Below are positions 12,234 to 15,432 of a stretch of 15,432 nt of DNA, piece by piece (position 1 is the first letter of the stretch; each line of letters opens with the position of its first letter). The stretch spans positions 1 through 15,432 of the forward strand of contig JAGMCJ010000194.1 of NCBI GenBank assembly GCA_023129265.1, read 5' to 3'. The position numbers and the translations under genes were made by a program. Below the pieces are notes generated by a model. That model was not told the origin of the DNA and ran no database searches. It saw only the letters and a program-made list of their open reading frames with translations. This DNA is from Thermoplasmata archaeon (GTDB lineage: Archaea > Thermoplasmatota > Thermoplasmata > RBG-16-68-12 > JAGMCJ01).

Positions 12234-13352
12234 ATGCCAGAGGATTTCATTGTCACGCCATGGGAGGTCAAAGGCGAGATCGACTACGACAAGCTAGTGG
12301 AAAGGTTCGGGACCCAATTGGTCTCCCAGGAGATTCTGGACAGATTGGAGAAGCATGCCTCCCCCCTGCACCACCTCTTGAGGAGGGGGATTTTCTATTC
12401 GCATCGCGACTTCAATCGAGTCTTGGATGACTACGAGAAGGGCAACGGTTTCTTCCTGTACACGGGTCGCGGTCCCTCGGGCCACAACCATCTGGGCCAT
12501 ATGCTGCCGTGGATTCTCACGAAATGGCTTCAGGACCACTTCAAGGTCAAGTTCTACTTCCAGCTGACGGACGATGAGAAGTTCATGTTCAACGATGGCC
12601 TCACGAAGGAGGATACTAAGAAGTATGCTTACGAGAATATGCTGGATGTCATTGCTTTGGGATTCGACCCCAAGCTGACGAGGATATTCCTGGATACGGA
12701 GCTGATTCACACGCTCTATCCGATTGCCATTGACATTGCCAGGAAAATCAACTTCTCGAAGGTCCGCGCGGTCTTCGGCTTCAACAGCAGCCACAACATC
12801 GGAAGCATCTTCTACACGAGCATGCAGGCGGTTCCCTGTTTTCTCGAATCGGTGCTCGAGGGCAGGAACATCGCTTGTCTGATTCCCTGCGGAATAGACC
12901 AGGACCCTCATTTCAGGATTGCCCGAGATGTCGCTCCCTTGCTCGGGTACTACAAGCCAGCACTCCTGCACAACAAGCTGCTCCCGAGCCTGGCGGGGGG
13001 AGACAAGATGTCCGCCTCGCTTCCCCACACGAGCGTGTTCACAACGGACAAGCCTGATGACGTGAGGAAGAAGATAGTCAACGCCTTCACGGGCGGGCGG
13101 GTCTCCGTTGATGAGCAGAGGAAACTGGGAGCCAATCCAGACATCTGCACGGTCTATCACTACTACATGTACTTCTTCATGCCGGAGGATGATGAGCTGA
13201 GAGACATCTATCTCAAATGCAAGGGCGGTGAGATCCTCTGCGGGGAATGCAAACAGATACTCATCGAAAAGATCAACGAGTTCTTGAGGGAACACCAGGA
13301 AAAGCGTGAAGAAGCCAAGGACAGGATCGAGGAATTCATATTCCGGGACTGA
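12234..13352 (+). CDS. trpS: Tryptophan--tRNA ligase (archaeal/eukaryal type)
   Basis: MPEDFIVTPWEVKGEIDYDKLVERFGT...FYSHRDFNRVLDDYEKGNGFFLYTGRGPSGHNHLGHMLPW (HIGH-type motif)...QLTDDEKF...IDQDPHFR...GDKMSASLP (KMSKS-type motif)...CGECKQILIEKINEFLREHQ. It looks collinear with my recollection of archaeal TrpRS sequences, which begin at the equivalent of this Met. The longest ORF starts 30 nt earlier, at 12204, inside an AT-rich TATA-like box. Confidence 0.93.
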   Translation: MPEDFIVTPWEVKGEIDYDKLVERFGTQLVSQEILDRLEKHASPLHHLLRRGIFYSHRDFNRVLDDYEKGNGFFLYTGRGPSGHNHLGHMLPWILTKWLQDHFKVKFYFQLTDDEKFMFNDGLTKEDTKKYAYENMLDVIALGFDPKLTRIFLDTELIHTLYPIAIDIARKINFSKVRAVFGFNSSHNIGSIFYTSMQAVPCFLESVLEGRNIACLIPCGIDQDPHFRIARDVAPLLGYYKPALLHNKLLPSLAGGDKMSASLPHTSVFTTDKPDDVRKKIVNAFTGGRVSVDEQRKLGANPDICTVYHYYMYFFMPEDDELRDIYLKCKGGEILCGECKQILIEKINEFLREHQEKREEAKDRIEEFIFRD

Positions 13353-13387
13353 AAAGAATAAATCGCAAGTGACCTTTCGTGATTGTG

Positions 13388-14914
13388 ATGGATGTCGACG
13401 ACCTGATGGACGAGCTGAGCCTCCTCGAGAAGAGAGTCCTCCTCGCGTTCGGAGATGCCAGCTCGGCTGCTCCGGAGGAGCTTCTGAAGCGCGGAGGGTT
13501 CGCGGAGCTCGTCGAGGTCATGAACGCCTCCTCCTGGCTCCAATCCAAGGGACTCGTCACGATGAAGGAGAAGGTCGTCAGCTACTACTCTCTGGCCAAG
13601 AAGCAGTGGGCGACGAAGAACCTTCCCGAGAGAAGAGCGCTGAAGGCTCTGAGAAAAGCCAGGGGAAGGGTAGACCTCGGAACACTTCAGAAGATGGCAC
13701 GGCTCTCGCCGAAGGAGGTCAAGATCGCCATCGGATGGATGAAGAGAAAGGTATGGGCGACGATAGAGAAGGAAGACGGTGGCACCGTTCTGGTCATCAC
13801 CGAACAAGGAAAGAAGGCGGTCACCGAGAAGGGCAAGGACGAGGAACTCATTCGACGCCTCTCAGAGGGAGAGCTGTCCGAGAGCGACGTGGACCCCGCA
13901 ACAATCGGAATGCTGCTGAGAAGGCAGGATGTGGTCAGGGAAAGGGAAAGGGTCCTCCGCGAGGTCTCGCTCACGAACCTGGGAAAGGAGTGCATTCGAA
14001 AGGGTGTCAAAATAGGCGAGGAGGTCGCACAGCTGACCCCAGAGCTGTTGCAGACAGGGAAGTGGAAGGAGGTCAGCTTCAGGAAGTACGACATAGATGC
14101 CTTTGCCCCACCTGTCTTTGGCGGGAAGAAGCATCCCCTCGTTGAGTACATCAGAAAGGTCAAGCGAATCTTTGCGGAGATGGGCTTCGAGGAGATCGAG
14201 GGCGACTTCGTCGAGCTCTCTTTTTGGGACTTCGATGCGCTCTTCCAGCCTCAGGACCATCCCGCACGGGACATGCAGGACACGTTCTACCTGTCAGACC
14301 CAAAGACGCTGCCCCTTCCTCCGGAGGAGCTGGTCCAGAGAATCAAGGAGATGCACGAATCTGGCGGGGATACTGCCTCCGACGGCTGGAAGTACGACTG
14401 GGATGTCGACGAGGCGAAGAAGGCGATATTGAGGACTCACACAACGGTGAACACGCTCAGATATCTGTCGGAACACCCCGACCCGCCCGTCAAGGTCTTC
14501 TCTGTCGGCAGGGTTTTCAGGCGGGAGGCGATGGATCCGAAGCATCTTCCCGAGTTCATTCAGGTCGAAGGAATCGTGATGGAGGAGGGGGCCAATCTCG
14601 CCATGCTCATCGGTGTGTTGAAGGAGTTCTACAGGAGAATCGGATACGACAAAATCAACATCAGACCCGGCTATTTCCCATACACAGAGCCTAGCCTTGA
14701 GGTGGAGATGTACTTGGACGGAAAGTGGGTCGAGCTCGGCGGTGCCGGGATATTCAGGCCAGAAGTCACCAATCCGTTCGGCGTGAAACATCCTGTCCTT
14801 GCCTGGGGACTCGGCCTCGAGAGGCTGGTCATGGCCCTCACGAACACGACAGACATGCGAACTATATACGTGAGTGACATAGAATGGCTGAAGAAAGCCA
14901 AACCCATATTCTGA
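13388..14914 (+). CDS. pheS: Phenylalanine--tRNA ligase alpha subunit (archaeal/eukaryal long form)
   Basis: HPLVEYIRKVKRIFAEMGFEEIEGDFVELSFWDFDALFQPQDHPARDMQDTFYL...LRTHTTVNTLRYL...VFSVGRVFRREAMDPKHLPEFIQVEG...PGYFPYTEPSLEV...ELGGAGIFRPEV...VLAWGLGLERL carries class II motifs 1-3. The N-terminal ~200 aa look like winged-helix repeats. The track ORF begins at GTG 13379. I prefer ATG 13388, which is about 29 nt downstream of AAAAGAATAAATC (13352-13364), a TATA-like box. Confidence 0.93.
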   Translation: MDVDDLMDELSLLEKRVLLAFGDASSAAPEELLKRGGFAELVEVMNASSWLQSKGLVTMKEKVVSYYSLAKKQWATKNLPERRALKALRKARGRVDLGTLQKMARLSPKEVKIAIGWMKRKVWATIEKEDGGTVLVITEQGKKAVTEKGKDEELIRRLSEGELSESDVDPATIGMLLRRQDVVRERERVLREVSLTNLGKECIRKGVKIGEEVAQLTPELLQTGKWKEVSFRKYDIDAFAPPVFGGKKHPLVEYIRKVKRIFAEMGFEEIEGDFVELSFWDFDALFQPQDHPARDMQDTFYLSDPKTLPLPPEELVQRIKEMHESGGDTASDGWKYDWDVDEAKKAILRTHTTVNTLRYLSEHPDPPVKVFSVGRVFRREAMDPKHLPEFIQVEGIVMEEGANLAMLIGVLKEFYRRIGYDKINIRPGYFPYTEPSLEVEMYLDGKWVELGGAGIFRPEVTNPFGVKHPVLAWGLGLERLVMALTNTTDMRTIYVSDIEWLKKAKPIF

Positions 14915-15205
14915 CTACACTTGGGAAATCTTGGATCTCCCCTGAAGACTGATCTTGTAGGGCATCCTTAGGATCTTCAAAACGTAGCTGGCTCGGTTCA
15001 AGGCTTCGAGCATCTTCATGACCCGGCTCAAGTCACCGATATCGAACTCCTTCTCTGATAGCGGATAGACGAGCCTGTCCCCCCGAACCCTCCAACCGTA
15101 GGGACGTGTTGCGGAAACGACAGACCGCGGTGGATTCTTCGCTCCCTCAACCCTCAACTCTAGATAGGCGCCAGATATCATGATTTCAGCCATTATGTAG
15201 AGCAT
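14915..15205 (-). CDS. Hypothetical small protein (92-96 aa)
   Basis: ORF MLYIMAEIMISGAYLELRVEGAKNPPRSVVSATRPYGWRVRGDRLVYPLSEKEFDIGDLSRVMKMLEALNRASYVLKILRMPYKISLQGRSKISQV. Composition looks protein-like and no competing ORF on the other strand. I do not recognise a family. Its stop abuts the pheS stop (convergent). ATG 15193 is an alternative start. Confidence 0.5.
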   Translation of the reverse strand: MLYIMAEIMISGAYLELRVEGAKNPPRSVVSATRPYGWRVRGDRLVYPLSEKEFDIGDLSRVMKMLEALNRASYVLKILRMPYKISLQGRSKISQV

Positions 15206-15233
15206 TCTGAGTTGTTAAGCCACTTTCGTCAAA

Positions 15234-15251
15234 ATTATCATCCATGATAAT
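15234..15251. promoter_or_regulatory. Perfect 8-2-8 inverted repeat in a divergent promoter region (candidate transcription-factor operator)
   Basis: ATTATCAT-CC-ATGATAAT lies between the divergent starts at 15205/15193 (minus) and 15319 (plus). It overlaps the AT-rich TATA-like stretch of the minus-strand gene. Confidence 0.4.
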
Positions 15252-15318
15252 CTCGTTTCCGACTCCTGACCAAACTTTTATCTCGGTGTTGTCAATACGA
15301 CATTCGAGAGGACTGCTC

Positions 15319-15432
15319 ATGAAGGAAGCTGAGGAAGAAATCGCCGACGGCGAGAGGCTATTGGGGATGTACCAGTACGATGATGCCCTCAAGCATTTCA
15401 ACAAGGCAATGAAGATGGACCCGAAGAACGCG
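15319..15432 (+). CDS. TPR-repeat protein, N-terminal 38 codons only (runs off the right edge)
   Basis: Absent from the ORF track because there is no stop in the window. My translation: MKEAEEEIADGERLLGMYQYDDALKHFNKAMKMDPKNA. The segment G-x-Y-x-x-A-L-x-x-F-x-K-A-(L/M)-x-x-D-P-x-N-A is a textbook TPR helix pair. GAGAGGA lies upstream of the ATG. Confidence 0.6.
   Translation, partial: MKEAEEEIADGERLLGMYQYDDALKHFNKAMKMDPKNA

Noticed and set aside
12294-13295. 333-aa minus-strand ORF
   Set aside because: It is entirely antisense to trpS, whose translation looks collinear with archaeal TrpRS. This is a shadow ORF.
13306-14145. 279-aa plus-strand ORF, extremely Arg/Gly/Glu-rich
   Set aside because: It is an out-of-frame overlap with the 3' end of trpS and the 5' third of pheS. 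Its low-complexity translation is an artefact of the alternative frame of GA-rich codons.
15186-15404. 72-aa minus-strand ORF
   Set aside because: It spans the divergent promoter region and runs antisense to the plus-strand start of a clear TPR motif (YDDALKHFNKAMKMDPKNA). Its translation is Ser-rich with no motif.
1-15432. Looked for CRISPR repeats, IS/transposase or integrase genes, toxin-antitoxin pairs and long direct or inverted DNA repeats
   Set aside because: Reading both strands revealed no periodic repeat-spacer pattern, no recombinase-like ORF and no terminal inverted repeats. A computational self-dot-plot would be needed to exclude short dispersed repeats.

Overview
Archaeal chromosomal segment, called from archaeal-type ribosomal proteins eL18/uL13/uS9, RpoN, archaeal/eukaryal-type TrpRS and PheRS-alpha, and a tRNA with a bulge-helix-bulge intron. 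GC looks moderately high and even across the window. No CRISPR array, transposase, integrase or rRNA was seen. Left third (1-5800, minus strand): two co-directional genes for very large secreted surface proteins. One is a partial CARDB-like protein. The other is about 1564 aa with a BNR/Asp-box propeller, two lamin-tail domains, an Ig-like segment, a vWA-MIDAS domain and a duplicated uncharacterised C-terminal module. Centre: a CoA-binding-domain gene whose 5' end is broken by two single-base frame disruptions. Next comes tRNA-Pro(GGG) with a 29-nt intron in the T-loop (59/60), then the conserved rpl18e-rpl13-rps9-rpoN operon. A translationally coupled pair follows: an AP-endonuclease-2-type TIM barrel and 6-phospho-3-hexuloisomerase. 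Most notable (9870-12123, minus strand): a compact four-gene eukaryote-like ubiquitylation cassette, in the order E1-like adenylase, 81-aa beta-grasp Ubl ending in Gly-Gly-stop, UBC-fold E2 with HPN motif and catalytic Cys, and JAMM/MPN+ isopeptidase. No RING E3 is present, and the cassette sits among housekeeping genes, divergent from trpS. Right end: trpS, pheS, a small hypothetical gene and the start of a TPR-repeat protein. All product calls rest on motifs I read in the translations; no database search was possible.
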